Positions 9,243 through 18,258 of a DNA stretch of 64,000 nt are shown one piece after another (position 1 is the first letter of the stretch; each line of letters begins with the position of its first letter). Origin of the DNA: a bacterium (GTDB taxonomy: Bacteria; Patescibacteriota; Minisyncoccia; Phycocordibacterales; JAGLPS01); contig JAUYHB010000006.1 in NCBI GenBank assembly GCA_030690305.1, forward strand, positions 84,574-148,573. Direction: 5' to 3'. The notes under the pieces are model-generated. The model made no database searches, was not told the DNA's origin, and saw only the letters and a list, made by a program, of their open reading frames with translations. A program made the translations under genes and the position numbers.

Positions 9243-10467
9243 ACACTTTCTTGTATATCATCATACACTTTTCGGCAGCCTGCTTCCATGTATGTTTGAT
9301 GATTTCCTGGAAACCATTTTCGGAAAGACACGACTTGAGAGATTCATGGGTGAGTACGCATACGATTTTGTTTGCCATTTCATCGACGTCCCAAAAATCA
9401 ACTTTGAGCGCGTGTTTGAGTACTTCCGAAACTCCCGACTGACGAGAAATAATGACGGGGGTACCACTTGCTATAGCCTCAAGAGGAGTGATGCCGAAAG
9501 GTTCCGAAACGGAGGGCATGAGGTAAAGGTCTGCCGCTTTGTACGCCTGTACAAGCTCGTCATTTCGCAAAAATCCCGCAAACAAGACCTTGTCGCTGAT
9601 ACCCAAAAACGCGGCCTGGTTCATGATTTGGCCTTCCATATCCCCCGACCCGGAAATGATAAACGTTACCTTTGGATAATATTCGAGAACCTTTTTTGCG
9701 GCGGCAACGAAATAATCCGGACCTTTTTGTATGGTGATGCGTCCGACAAATAAAACAATTTTATTCCCCGATTCTTTAAGTTTCGCAATTCGGTTTTCCT
9801 CGCCTACGTGCTGGGAAAGGTATTCATCAATATCGATACCGTTGTGAACTACCTCGACTTTTTCTTCGGGTACGCCGTATCGTTTGACGATGATATCCTT
9901 CGTGTAGTTGGACACTGCAATAACGCGGTCGGCGGCGTGCATTCCCTCCCTTTCCACGTCGTAGACAAACTGATTGACGGACCGGCCGCCGGTCCTGTCA
10001 AATTCCGTCGCGTGCACGTGAACGATAAGCGGTTTCCCCGATACTTTTTTCGCTTCCATACCGGCGAGAAACGACAACCAGTCATGGGCGTGGATAACAT
10101 CAAATTGTTCTTTGCGGGCGATTTCGCGTGCGCGTATTGCGTACCGTCTTACTTCCTCAAATAGCGTGTCGCCGTAAAACGCATTATCAATAAATGCCCG
10201 TTCTTTTTTATAGCTGTCGGGATTCGTGTATGGAGAAAGTAGAGACGGGATATTATGGAATACGATATCCGGAGTTTCCACGTCACCGAATATAATGCGC
10301 GCGAATCGGGATGTTGTATCTTTAAGCCGTTTCGGTAGAACAAATGTCACCTTGCTCCCCGATTGAGCCAACGCTTTGGAAAGACCGTAACAGGCAACAC
10401 CCAAACCTCCACTATTGTGAGGTGGGAACTCCCAACCAAACATTAAAATTCGCACTGGTGCATGCAT
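9217..10467 (-). CDS. GT4 glycosyltransferase (glycogen synthase-like)
   Basis: GWEFPPHNSGGLG, HAHDW, PSVSEPFGITPLEA. Confidence 0.88.
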   Translation of the reverse strand: MHAPVRILMFGWEFPPHNSGGLGVACYGLSKALAQSGSKVTFVLPKRLKDTTSRFARIIFGDVETPDIVFHNIPSLLSPYTNPDSYKKERAFIDNAFYGDTLFEEVRRYAIRAREIARKEQFDVIHAHDWLSFLAGMEAKKVSGKPLIVHVHATEFDRTGGRSVNQFVYDVEREGMHAADRVIAVSNYTKDIIVKRYGVPEEKVEVVHNGIDIDEYLSQHVGEENRIAKLKESGNKIVLFVGRITIQKGPDYFVAAAKKVLEYYPKVTFIISGSGDMEGQIMNQAAFLGISDKVLFAGFLRNDELVQAYKAADLYLMPSVSEPFGITPLEAIASGTPVIISRQSGVSEVLKHALKVDFWDVDEMANKIVCVLTHESLKSCLSENGFQEIIKHTWKQAAEKCMMIYKKVFGLSIYNA

Positions 10468-10620
10468 TCTGTTTATTCGTTTAGTAAAAGAAAACTTTCC
10501 CAACAAAAGAAAAAACGTTCCGGGTCTTTTCCCTAAACTTCTTGCTGATAATTATACAATAAGGCCGTACTTTATTATCTGTGCACAATGTTTCTGTTAT
10601 ACTTAAGGGGTAAAACTTCC

Positions 10621-11010
10621 ATGGACAAATTTGAGACACATGTCGATGAGCACGGAATCGTAAACATGGCCATTAAAGGACGCGTGAGAAGGGAGGTATG
10701 GGATCAGTTCAAAAAATGGATTGAGGACACGCAAAAGATAATCAAGGAGGAATACGACAAAACCGGCAAGAAAGTTAGAGCCACCGTCGACCTTACCGAC
10801 ACGTCAAGCCAATATGACAGCGACACGATAGCGGCGCTTGCCTCTTTTACGAAAGCAAACGAGCCGTATATGGAAAAAACGGCGACCTTCGGAGCAAACA
10901 CAATGATAAAATTCGCGGAAGACCTTGTTATCACGATTTCCGGCAGAAAAAATATCAAGGCATTCGCCACCAAAGACGAAGCCACCAAGTGGCTTCTATC
11001 GGAAAAATAG
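10621..11010 (+). CDS. STAS/SEC14 (SpoIIAA-like) domain protein
   Basis: C-terminal IKAFATKDEATKWL signature. Confidence 0.6.
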   Translation: MDKFETHVDEHGIVNMAIKGRVRREVWDQFKKWIEDTQKIIKEEYDKTGKKVRATVDLTDTSSQYDSDTIAALASFTKANEPYMEKTATFGANTMIKFAEDLVITISGRKNIKAFATKDEATKWLLSEK

Positions 11011-11038
11011 ACCGCTGCATTCTGCAGCGGTCTATTTT
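11004..11038. terminator. Bidirectional terminator
   Basis: AAAATAGACCGCTGCA-TTC-TGCAGCGGTCTATTTT. Confidence 0.75.
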
Positions 11039-11439
11039 TTTTGTTCCAAATCCAGACAGACGGAGTTGATGCAATATCGTTCACCCGTATCGGTCGGACC
11101 GTCGTCAAACACATGCCCAAGGTGAGAGTTGCATTTGGCGCATAGAATTTCGGTGCGGACCATTCCCTGAGTTTCGTCAGTCTCGCGTTTTATCGCGCCG
11201 GGCAGAGCTTTGTCGAAACTTGGCCATCCGGTTCCTGAATCAAACTTTGCATCGGAAGAAAACAGTGCGTTGCCGCACGCGGCGCAACGGAATATCCCGT
11301 CTTCTTTGGAATACATGTATTTACCCGTAAAGGGCATCTCGGTTCCCTTCTCCCGCAAGATTTTATATTGGTCTGGGGACAGTTTCTCCTTCCAGTCGTC
11401 TTCCGTTTTGGGTATACCGTTTTTCATAGTAGTTATCAT
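11032..11439 (-). CDS. msrB: Peptide-methionine (R)-S-oxide reductase
   Basis: KFDSGTGWPSF, HLGHVFDDGP, RYCINS. Confidence 0.95.
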   Translation of the reverse strand: MITTMKNGIPKTEDDWKEKLSPDQYKILREKGTEMPFTGKYMYSKEDGIFRCAACGNALFSSDAKFDSGTGWPSFDKALPGAIKRETDETQGMVRTEILCAKCNSHLGHVFDDGPTDTGERYCINSVCLDLEQKK

Positions 11440-11444
11440 ATCAC

Positions 11445-11473
11445 CAAAATCCCGCCTCTTGGCGGGATTTTGA
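11445..11473 (-). terminator. Intrinsic terminator
   Basis: CAAAATCCCGCC-TCTT-GGCGGGATTTTG. Confidence 0.65.
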
Positions 11474-11493
11474 TTTTTTGACCGATAAAAAAA

Positions 11494-12060
11494 TTATCTT
11501 CCTGTCGGCAGACCGCTTTGGGCATCACGCATCATCGTACTCATGTCAGTGAATGTAACTCCGCTTGGCAATGAAAACGTATTTGCATCTGCCGTCCACG
11601 GCTCGCACGCATAGCCCAGTTGTTGATTGTAATCGACAGACTGCTGTCCTTGGGTGCCCGATGTATCCGAAACCGCGGCTGACTCCTGTGCGCTTACCGG
11701 CATTTTGAAACCCTGATTTGTCGCTGAAGTCCATACATAGCTGTATTCCCCGTCGGCAATCATATGACTTTGAACGGTCATACCGGAGGCCATGCTTTGA
11801 AAATCTCCTCGGAGCTTTCCGTTTGCGACATACACAACCCCGGAAGATTGAGACACGTCATTTGATTCATCTACCGTGCATTTTTGGGAAATGTTTGCGG
11901 CAATGAGGTCTTTCATGGACATCTTTCCTGTCGCTTTTCCTGACGCTTGTTCGCGCACCTCTGCCGCATCTTGAAGCGTCGGTTGTGAAATCATATACGT
12001 TCCGATACCGCCGATAACCACTATTCCACCAACAAGATACATGAGGGCTGTTTTACTCAT
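11494..12060 (-). CDS. Membrane-anchored hypothetical protein (LolA-like beta fold possible)
   Basis: N-terminal TM; GVVYVANGKLRGDF..MIADGEYSYVWT..CEPW. Confidence 0.65.
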   Translation of the reverse strand: MSKTALMYLVGGIVVIGGIGTYMISQPTLQDAAEVREQASGKATGKMSMKDLIAANISQKCTVDESNDVSQSSGVVYVANGKLRGDFQSMASGMTVQSHMIADGEYSYVWTSATNQGFKMPVSAQESAAVSDTSGTQGQQSVDYNQQLGYACEPWTADANTFSLPSGVTFTDMSTMMRDAQSGLPTGR

Positions 12061-12110
12061 AGCGATTTAAAATATAAAAAACTTAAAAAAATAACTTGGT
12101 GCGTCCGAAA

Positions 12111-12212
12111 TTAAAATATCGTCATGTAACCGTAAATACCGATAATCACCGAAAGAAGGATGAGAAGTCCTCTTACGTTTACTTTTTCCTTTGAGTGTTT
12201 AAAAAACCACAT
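12111..12212 (-). CDS. 33-aa single-TM microprotein
   Basis: MWFFKHSKEKVNVRGLLILLSVIIGIYGYMTIF*. Confidence 0.4.
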   Translation of the reverse strand: MWFFKHSKEKVNVRGLLILLSVIIGIYGYMTIF

Positions 12213-12251
12213 AGGGAGAAAAATTATTGATAATTAAGTTTATTATAGCAC

Positions 12252-12992
12252 CTATTCCCTTCCTTTCAATTCGAGGTTCCGGGGGATTTTAAGATAATTC
12301 TTTTTTTGAGATTCGGTCATCCGTTCTACCGCGTAACGCAGGGCTGTTCTGGGCATTTGGGAAGCGTGTAGGTTCAGAAATTTTTTTTCCGACACAAGGT
12401 CTCTTTTCCCGACCTCCCGCAACATCCAACCGACGGCTTTATGGATAAGGTCATGCGTATCGCCCAAAAGCATCCGCGCAATTAAAAGCGTTTCTTCAAA
12501 TCGGTTATTTTTTATGAAATAAAACGTTGAAACGATCGCGATACGCCGCTCCCACATGTTTTTTGAACGCGCCAGTTTTTGCAAAATTTTTTTTGGTTTA
12601 CCAGATATATATGCTCCGACAATTTTCTCTGCCGACAAATCGACTAAATCCCAGTTATTAATATGCTTCGTTGAAGAAAGATAGAAATCGTAAATTTTCT
12701 TTTTTTCGCTCTTGCCGCCATTTTTAAAATTTTCCACAAGAATAAGAAGAGCGATGAGCCGTTCCTCATGGATTTTAGATGAAAGAAGTTTTTTTATTTC
12801 GGGGAAAGAAAGGTGGGCGTATTTTTTAGCGAGAGCCCGCGATACCGGTACGGTTATCCCAAGAAATACGTCCCCTTCTCCATATTCGCCCGGTCCCGTT
12901 TTAAAAAAGCCCTGTAAAATTTTTGCTTTCGCGGGATTTTTGAGCTTACGGAGTTCGGCTTTCAATTTATCCATCGCTTCTTCCAAGAACAA
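12252..12992 (-). CDS. alkD: DNA alkylation repair protein (AlkD-like); true start probably MDKL
   Basis: FFKTGPGEYGEGD, INNWDLVD, DLIHKAVGWMLREVGKR. Confidence 0.85.
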   Translation of the reverse strand: MFLEEAMDKLKAELRKLKNPAKAKILQGFFKTGPGEYGEGDVFLGITVPVSRALAKKYAHLSFPEIKKLLSSKIHEERLIALLILVENFKNGGKSEKKKIYDFYLSSTKHINNWDLVDLSAEKIVGAYISGKPKKILQKLARSKNMWERRIAIVSTFYFIKNNRFEETLLIARMLLGDTHDLIHKAVGWMLREVGKRDLVSEKKFLNLHASQMPRTALRYAVERMTESQKKNYLKIPRNLELKGRE

Positions 12993-13308
12993 TCATTATC
13001 TCCCTTTTCATCGCGACAAACGAGTATGCCCAGAGAAACGGAAGCCAGAGAGGCATGAGACCAAATAAGCTGTTGCGGGTAAACGTTTCAACTCCCGTGA
13101 AAACAAAAATCGTTTCCGCAATTGTCATAAGGCAGAATCCGAGCACAAGCATTAAAGCGTCTTTTTGTTCTTTTTTGATTCGCAAAAACAGGTCAATGAG
13201 CCCGATGTACATGAGCGTCAAAAGATAATCGTTTGGCACGACGGGAATAAACCATATCATCAGAAGCACCGGGAAGGCTTCAATAAGCATTTGTGAGAAC
13301 TTTTGCAT
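12967..13308 (-). CDS. Small membrane protein (DUF2878-like)
   Basis: Multiple TMs, MPLWLPFLWAY. Confidence 0.55.
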   Translation of the reverse strand: MQKFSQMLIEAFPVLLMIWFIPVVPNDYLLTLMYIGLIDLFLRIKKEQKDALMLVLGFCLMTIAETIFVFTGVETFTRNSLFGLMPLWLPFLWAYSFVAMKREIMIVLGRSDG

Positions 13309-13309
13309 A

Positions 13310-14065
13310 TTACTTATCTAAAAAAGCTTTTATCTTTTTCCAGAACAAGCGTGTGCGTACTTCCGAAAGCGAAAGATGTCCTCCCTTCCCCTTAAGCCAC
13401 AACGCGCAGCCGTTTATTTTTGAAAATTCTTTTGACAAATGGGCATACGTCACTTCGTCATCCTTTGCATGGATAATAAAAATCTTTCTTGAGTTGAGTG
13501 TTTTTGCCTTTGCAATGGGATTAAAAAAACTTCCGTTGCCGAGTTTCCGCCAGTCCTTCTTTGAAAAACGGTATCCTTCGCCGTACGCATTGTTAAGAAA
13601 TTTCTCGAGCCACGGAAGCGGTTCGGTATCGCTTTTTACCCGCCAGTCGATAACCGGCGACAGAGCAACGACTTTTTTTATATGTGTATCTTGTGAAGCA
13701 AGGATAGCGGCCGCACCCCCGAAACTTGAACCAATGACATAGATTGCCGGATTTTTGACCGAATACTTTTTACCACTCCAAAATTCGGTAAATTCCTTTG
13801 ATATTCCTTTCACGACATCCGAAACGTCTTTATGCGGAGAAAGTTTGAGAAACTCCCCTCCGCTTTCCCATGTTCCCCTGTACCTTGGAAAGAAAACCCA
13901 ATATCCTTTTTCGGAAAGAAAATTCATAACGGCAGACTTTGAAGGAGAGCCCGGCAACCCCCCGCACAGGATAATCGCTTTTTTTGAAGGACGAACCGGA
14001 GGAAGAAACTCGGAAACGATATCTTTCCCGAATCGGGTTCGCAAAAGAAACTTGTGTTTCGCCAT
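13310..14065 (-). CDS. Alpha/beta hydrolase (peptidase S9-like)
   Basis: GSSFGG nucleophile elbow, HAKDDEV, GGH; start at MAKHK. Confidence 0.8.
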   Translation of the reverse strand: MAKHKFLLRTRFGKDIVSEFLPPVRPSKKAIILCGGLPGSPSKSAVMNFLSEKGYWVFFPRYRGTWESGGEFLKLSPHKDVSDVVKGISKEFTEFWSGKKYSVKNPAIYVIGSSFGGAAAILASQDTHIKKVVALSPVIDWRVKSDTEPLPWLEKFLNNAYGEGYRFSKKDWRKLGNGSFFNPIAKAKTLNSRKIFIIHAKDDEVTYAHLSKEFSKINGCALWLKGKGGHLSLSEVRTRLFWKKIKAFLDK

Positions 14066-14107
14066 ACGGCCATCATAGCACCGTAAAAAGAGTGCTACAA
14101 TAATTTT

Positions 14108-14527
14108 ATGTCTTGGGTTACGCTTGCTCTCCTTTCCGCAGGATTTGCGGCCCTTGTCGCCATTTTCGGGAAAATGGGTTTGCAAGGAATAGACACGACG
14201 CTTGCCACCACCCTTCGCGCGGTTATTATGGCGGTTTTTCTCGTTGGCGTTTCACTCGCTCTTGGAAAATTTGAGGCTGTGCCCGATTTCGGGAAAAAAG
14301 CGGGGCTTATGATTGTCCTTTCCGGTCTTGCCGGAGCGCTTTCATGGCTTTTTTATTTTTCCGCGCTCAAAGCGGGTCCCGCTTCGGCGGTAGCCGCGAT
14401 TGACCGATTGAGTGTCGTCTTTGTATTTATACTCGCGCTTATTTTTCTCGGAGAGACATTTACGTGGAAATCAGCACTTGGTGCACTCTTTGTCGCTTTA
14501 GGTGCGATATTGATGACGATAAAATAA
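14108..14527 (+). CDS. EamA family transporter
   Basis: FAALVAIFGK, ALSWLFYFSALK, IDRLSVV. Confidence 0.9.
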   Translation: MSWVTLALLSAGFAALVAIFGKMGLQGIDTTLATTLRAVIMAVFLVGVSLALGKFEAVPDFGKKAGLMIVLSGLAGALSWLFYFSALKAGPASAVAAIDRLSVVFVFILALIFLGETFTWKSALGALFVALGAILMTIK

Positions 14528-14530
14528 AAC

Positions 14531-14556
14531 AAGGCCAATCTACCTAGATTGGCCTT
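14531..14556. terminator. Hairpin between convergent genes
   Basis: AAGGCCAATCTA-CC-TAGATTGGCCTT. Confidence 0.6.
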
Positions 14557-15103
14557 GTAAGGCAAGCAACTCATCAAATGATGGAGGCTGCAAGGAGTTG
14601 ATTCTTTTCACTGAATCAAACAACTCATCACCGATTTGATGGGAATGATAAAACTCGTAATCTCTGATGCAGGAATCTTTCCTCATTTTCGACATTGCGT
14701 CTGGAAATTTCCTTCCCTCTTTCGGGCTAGAGGATTCCCTTTGCAGAAACCACTCTAAGCATGTGTTTTTGGGAGTTATAAAGTACCATGCGTCTATTCT
14801 TTCCACATTCATAGAACGAAGTTTTTCAATAATTGCCTTTCGTTCATGCAAGTACCCGTTCCATGTGTCCAAGATTAGAGTGACATCTTCCTGCTCAAGA
14901 TGTTTTTTCACCCGCTCCCACATCACTTTCATCCCGTAAAAATGGCCGCCGGTATACGGGTCAAGCCATACCGAACCGAAAAGTTCCATGAGAATTTTGT
15001 CTCTGCTCACCAAGATAATTTCAGGATTAACCAAGAGACACTTTTCACACAGAGTTGATTTCCCCGCGCATTGGGGGCCTATAGTTAAAATTACTCTTTT
15101 CAA
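14540..15103 (-). CDS. AAA_33 P-loop kinase
   Basis: GPQCAGKST Walker A, SRD, LILDTWN; TTG start after AAAGGAGGT. Confidence 0.75.
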   Translation of the reverse strand: MKRVILTIGPQCAGKSTLCEKCLLVNPEIILVSRDKILMELFGSVWLDPYTGGHFYGMKVMWERVKKHLEQEDVTLILDTWNGYLHERKAIIEKLRSMNVERIDAWYFITPKNTCLEWFLQRESSSPKEGRKFPDAMSKMRKDSCIRDYEFYHSHQIGDELFDSVKRINSLQPPSFDELLALQGQSR

Positions 15104-15197
15104 GTGGCACCTCCTTTCTACCCCTACCCTAGCAAAAGCCCGCACAAAGTCAAAAGGCGTTTTATTTTAGGCTTTTCTATGCTTAAATTGCCTATAT

Positions 15198-15271
15198 TGC
15201 CGAATCGTCTAATGGTAGGACACATCCCTCTGGAGGATGTTATCTTGGTTCGAGTCCAAGTTCGGCAGCCA
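15198..15271 (+). tRNA. tRNA-Gln(CTG)
   Basis: TGCCGAA/TTCGGCA acceptor, CATCC-CTCTGGA-GGATG anticodon arm, GTTCGAGTC, encoded CCA. Confidence 0.95.
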
Positions 15272-15326
15272 AGGTTGGAAGTATCGAGGCGACCTAATTT
15301 CCTCGAGAAACCACTTTTTCTGGCAT

Positions 15327-16034
15327 ATGCGTAATGAAAAAATAAATTCAAAGATTATTGCTCTCTGGAATAAGTATTTTAAGAATGATCCAGACGTGTA
15401 TGCGCCGCTTTTCTACGACGAGTTCAGGAAGGGCGGACTGCTGTTCGTCGGGATGAATCCGTCTTTCAGCGTGCGAGGATTCAAAACGATACTTCAGAAC
15501 ACCGAATATAAAGACATGGATCCGTCCACATTCTTTAAGTGGAGCAACATATCCGCGAACCCAGCACTGATCGACGATTGTGTTAAGGTAGAGAACTACG
15601 CGTACGCGAACTACTCGCTCTATTTTGGTCGTCCGGTAGAGATAGCCAAGAAGGTTGGGTTAGATTGGCAACACATCGATCTTTTTCTCTATAAAGAAAC
15701 CGCGCAGAATAACTTCATGGCTCGCATTACGAATAAAGAGAAGCTCAACCAGTTCGCTCTCGATCAGATCGCGCTCTTTGAAGAAGTCCTCACAAAGATT
15801 GAACCATGTTGCGTGGTGGTCACCAACGCGTTCGGATCGGAGTTATTACGGGACCATATCAAGAACGACCTATTGTGGGACGAGGAGTGCGGCTTCCATT
15901 GGTTCACCAAATCGGGCAAGAAAATACCGATGTTCTTTTCGTCAATGCTAAGCGGACAGAGAGCGCTTGATCGTTGGTCATATGAACGTTTGAAGTGGCA
16001 CATCGGGCAGGCAGTAAAAAAACAATTAATATGA
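15327..16034 (+). CDS. Uracil-DNA glycosylase superfamily-like protein
   Basis: LLFVGMNPS motif-A-like and IEPCCVVVTN strand; start at MRNEK. Confidence 0.55.
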   Translation: MRNEKINSKIIALWNKYFKNDPDVYAPLFYDEFRKGGLLFVGMNPSFSVRGFKTILQNTEYKDMDPSTFFKWSNISANPALIDDCVKVENYAYANYSLYFGRPVEIAKKVGLDWQHIDLFLYKETAQNNFMARITNKEKLNQFALDQIALFEEVLTKIEPCCVVVTNAFGSELLRDHIKNDLLWDEECGFHWFTKSGKKIPMFFSSMLSGQRALDRWSYERLKWHIGQAVKKQLI

Positions 16035-16762
16035 CGGGCTGGTATTCTATCACTCCCCAATATATAATCATTCAAAATGAAAAAGCGGCTCTCGCTTTGT
16101 TCTCTCCCGAATTTCTCGGGGCATTTGCGGGGGCCTTCTTCGCCTTCCTCTTCGGTGTCATTAGTTACCATCTTATAAAGAGATACGAACGTTTCATTCT
16201 GCATCGTAATGCGCTTGTTGGATTAGAGCGTCTATTGAACGAACACTTAGACATTATTGGCCTTAACAGGGCAACTGCGCTTAGTACTCAGCGCATCCTT
16301 GAAGCCCACCGTCTTACCCACAACCGTTTACTTGAGTTGTCTGTGAGGGAAGGGTTGGACACAGACTTGGGGAACTTGGATATTGCCAATCGGTACTTTA
16401 TCTACACGCGAGGAGTCCACCGAACGAATGTCGATACTCAATCTATGAATTACACTCTGACTAGGTTCGAAGATGTCATGATTGGCGGGAAACCGTTGGA
16501 AGCTGAGAATTGGCACTACATAACGGGTGCTTTCGCGCAGATTCCCGGGCATATGGATAAACTTGAGCGCGAGACAAAAGAAATTCTCTGTATCACTCGC
16601 ATCCACATTGCCCGATTGGCGAGAAAGGGCATCTGGTATGCAAATACACAAAAGGAGTGGAGTGTAGAAGTAACAGACGAGGAACTCAAAAAGGAAGTCA
16701 TGAAACTCGAGGAAGAAATCAGAATGGTTTCTGGCCAGCGACCCTCAATCACTAGGACATAG
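16031..16762 (+). CDS. Hypothetical protein, one N-terminal TM plus helical domain
   Basis: FLGAFAGAFFAFLFGVISY; ATGA overlap with upstream stop. Confidence 0.7.
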   Translation: MTGWYSITPQYIIIQNEKAALALFSPEFLGAFAGAFFAFLFGVISYHLIKRYERFILHRNALVGLERLLNEHLDIIGLNRATALSTQRILEAHRLTHNRLLELSVREGLDTDLGNLDIANRYFIYTRGVHRTNVDTQSMNYTLTRFEDVMIGGKPLEAENWHYITGAFAQIPGHMDKLERETKEILCITRIHIARLARKGIWYANTQKEWSVEVTDEELKKEVMKLEEEIRMVSGQRPSITRT

Positions 16763-17512
16763 ATGGCAAAAAATACTGAAAATAAAAAATGCATTCATTG
16801 TTTGCGAATCCCGCAGGAGATTACATTTGATCACGTAATCCCAAAATCCTGGTATTCGAAGATTACATCTAAGGATGCGCGCAAACCAAAAGCTCCGGCA
16901 TGTTTTGAATGCAATCAAAAATTGGGAAGGCAAGAGAAATTTTTATCCCATATCATGTGGATGTGTATGCCAGAGGCCCATCCTTTACGGGAAGAACTAA
17001 CAGAGAAGGTCTACAGAGCGTGTGGGATGGGACGCGATGGCAAACCTATTCCTGAACTTTCTAGTAAGGAAAGAGATGAACGAATAAAATATGCCAAACG
17101 GTTACTTGCTTCCACACGACCGGGTGATGATATTGAAGAAAAGAATCTTTTTCCCGGTTTTGGATTCCATGCGGGATATCCGAAAGAGATTCAACGCGCT
17201 ACGTTAATACCCGAAAACCTCGTTACTGAGGTTGCTTCAAAGGTTGTTAGAGGGATCGAGTATATTCAAAAAGGAAGCGAGAGATATGTTGAGGCGCCGT
17301 ATCGACTGGATGTGTTCTTTCCAAAGAAGACAACCGACTCTTCTCTTCAGGAAATCCGCGCTAAGTGCAGAGTATTCTCTGATGGCACCAACACGATCCA
17401 GAGAGGAGCTGATCCAGAAAAACCATTGGAACCGATTTACATTATTCGTCTATGGAATCAATGGGAAATTTGGGGTGTCATTATGCATGAGGAACGATAC
17501 AATAAGTTGTGA
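16763..17512 (+). CDS. HNH endonuclease domain protein
   Basis: CIHC..ITFDHVIPKSW..PACFECN. Confidence 0.8.
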   Translation: MAKNTENKKCIHCLRIPQEITFDHVIPKSWYSKITSKDARKPKAPACFECNQKLGRQEKFLSHIMWMCMPEAHPLREELTEKVYRACGMGRDGKPIPELSSKERDERIKYAKRLLASTRPGDDIEEKNLFPGFGFHAGYPKEIQRATLIPENLVTEVASKVVRGIEYIQKGSERYVEAPYRLDVFFPKKTTDSSLQEIRAKCRVFSDGTNTIQRGADPEKPLEPIYIIRLWNQWEIWGVIMHEERYNKL

Positions 17513-17653
17513 CCTAAGAGCGTCAGTGTCTCGTACGGAAAGCGCCTCAAGAACCCTTACGGTGTCTCACTGCTGGGGCACCAGACCTAAGAGGCCAGCC
17601 AAGTTGAGATAGGTTCGGAGTCCAGAGAATAATAAAAATGATACGCTGAAACT

Positions 17654-17821
17654 ATGCCTTTATTATTTTATTTAATACTTGTTTGGATTTCTGAGAACGT
17701 AACTTTCAGTTGGGGTTGGTTTATTGTTGCCTTACTTTTTTCTTTAGGTAGAGCCAAAACTACATATAAATACAGATATACCAATAACCCTGATGAGGAC
17801 GAAGAAGAGGTTGAGGAATAA
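17654..17821 (+). CDS. 55-aa membrane microprotein with acidic tail
   Basis: MPLLFYLILVWISENVTFSWGWFIVALLFSLG...DEDEEEVEE*. Confidence 0.5.
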   Translation: MPLLFYLILVWISENVTFSWGWFIVALLFSLGRAKTTYKYRYTNNPDEDEEEVEE

Positions 17822-17896
17822 TATCCGAGGCGCATCAAAAAGCCCTACAGGGCTTGATGGTAGAATTTACGAAACCGAGGAAGTTATCAAACTTAA

Positions 17897-18157
17897 ATGG
17901 ATTTTAAAGATTTATATAACCGGGAAAAGAATGTTGTACTGTATGGGCAGTCGGTGAGGTTCCGCGTTATTAAGTATATTATTTTGTTTGGTATATTTAC
18001 TGCTTTTTACACATGGCGAGGGCTCAATGATACGCTCCTGCTGCTTGCAGTACTTTTTGCCGCAAGCCTTTGTATACATTTCTTCTTCCGCTATATGTCA
18101 GAGGGGTGGACCAAATCGTGGGGGCTTTATAAACACACTTCAGTCGATAAGAAATAA
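17897..18157 (+). CDS. Small membrane hypothetical protein
   Basis: Two TMs, HFFFRY..GWTKSWG. Confidence 0.65.
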   Translation: MDFKDLYNREKNVVLYGQSVRFRVIKYIILFGIFTAFYTWRGLNDTLLLLAVLFAASLCIHFFFRYMSEGWTKSWGLYKHTSVDKK

Positions 18158-18207
18158 GGTCCTAAGGTTTGTTAGCGGTTCAAACCGCTTTTTTGTGCTT
18201 GAATAAA

Positions 18208-18236
18208 TAACGATAAATATATATTGACAAACGATA
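18208..18236 (+). promoter_or_regulatory. Promoter with putative operator repeats for the DUF2975-HTH operon
   Basis: TTGACA flanked by two AACGATAA copies. Confidence 0.4.
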
Positions 18237-18258
18237 AGCGATAGATTAAGGTGTAAGC

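Noticed and set aside
15121-15140. TAGCAAAAGC upstream of tRNA-Gln resembling the 77-nt leader loop
   Set aside because: No tRNA-matching arms or second hairpin; it lies in the promoter of the divergent kinase gene
15237-15326. N-terminal extension of the UDG-like ORF
   Set aside because: Overlaps tRNA-Gln; ATG at 15327 is more plausible
17594-17625. attR copy of the tRNA-Gln 3' end
   Set aside because: Only short matches in the wrong order (CAGCCAAG, GGTTCGGAGTCCA) and no integrase; not enough to call an integrated element
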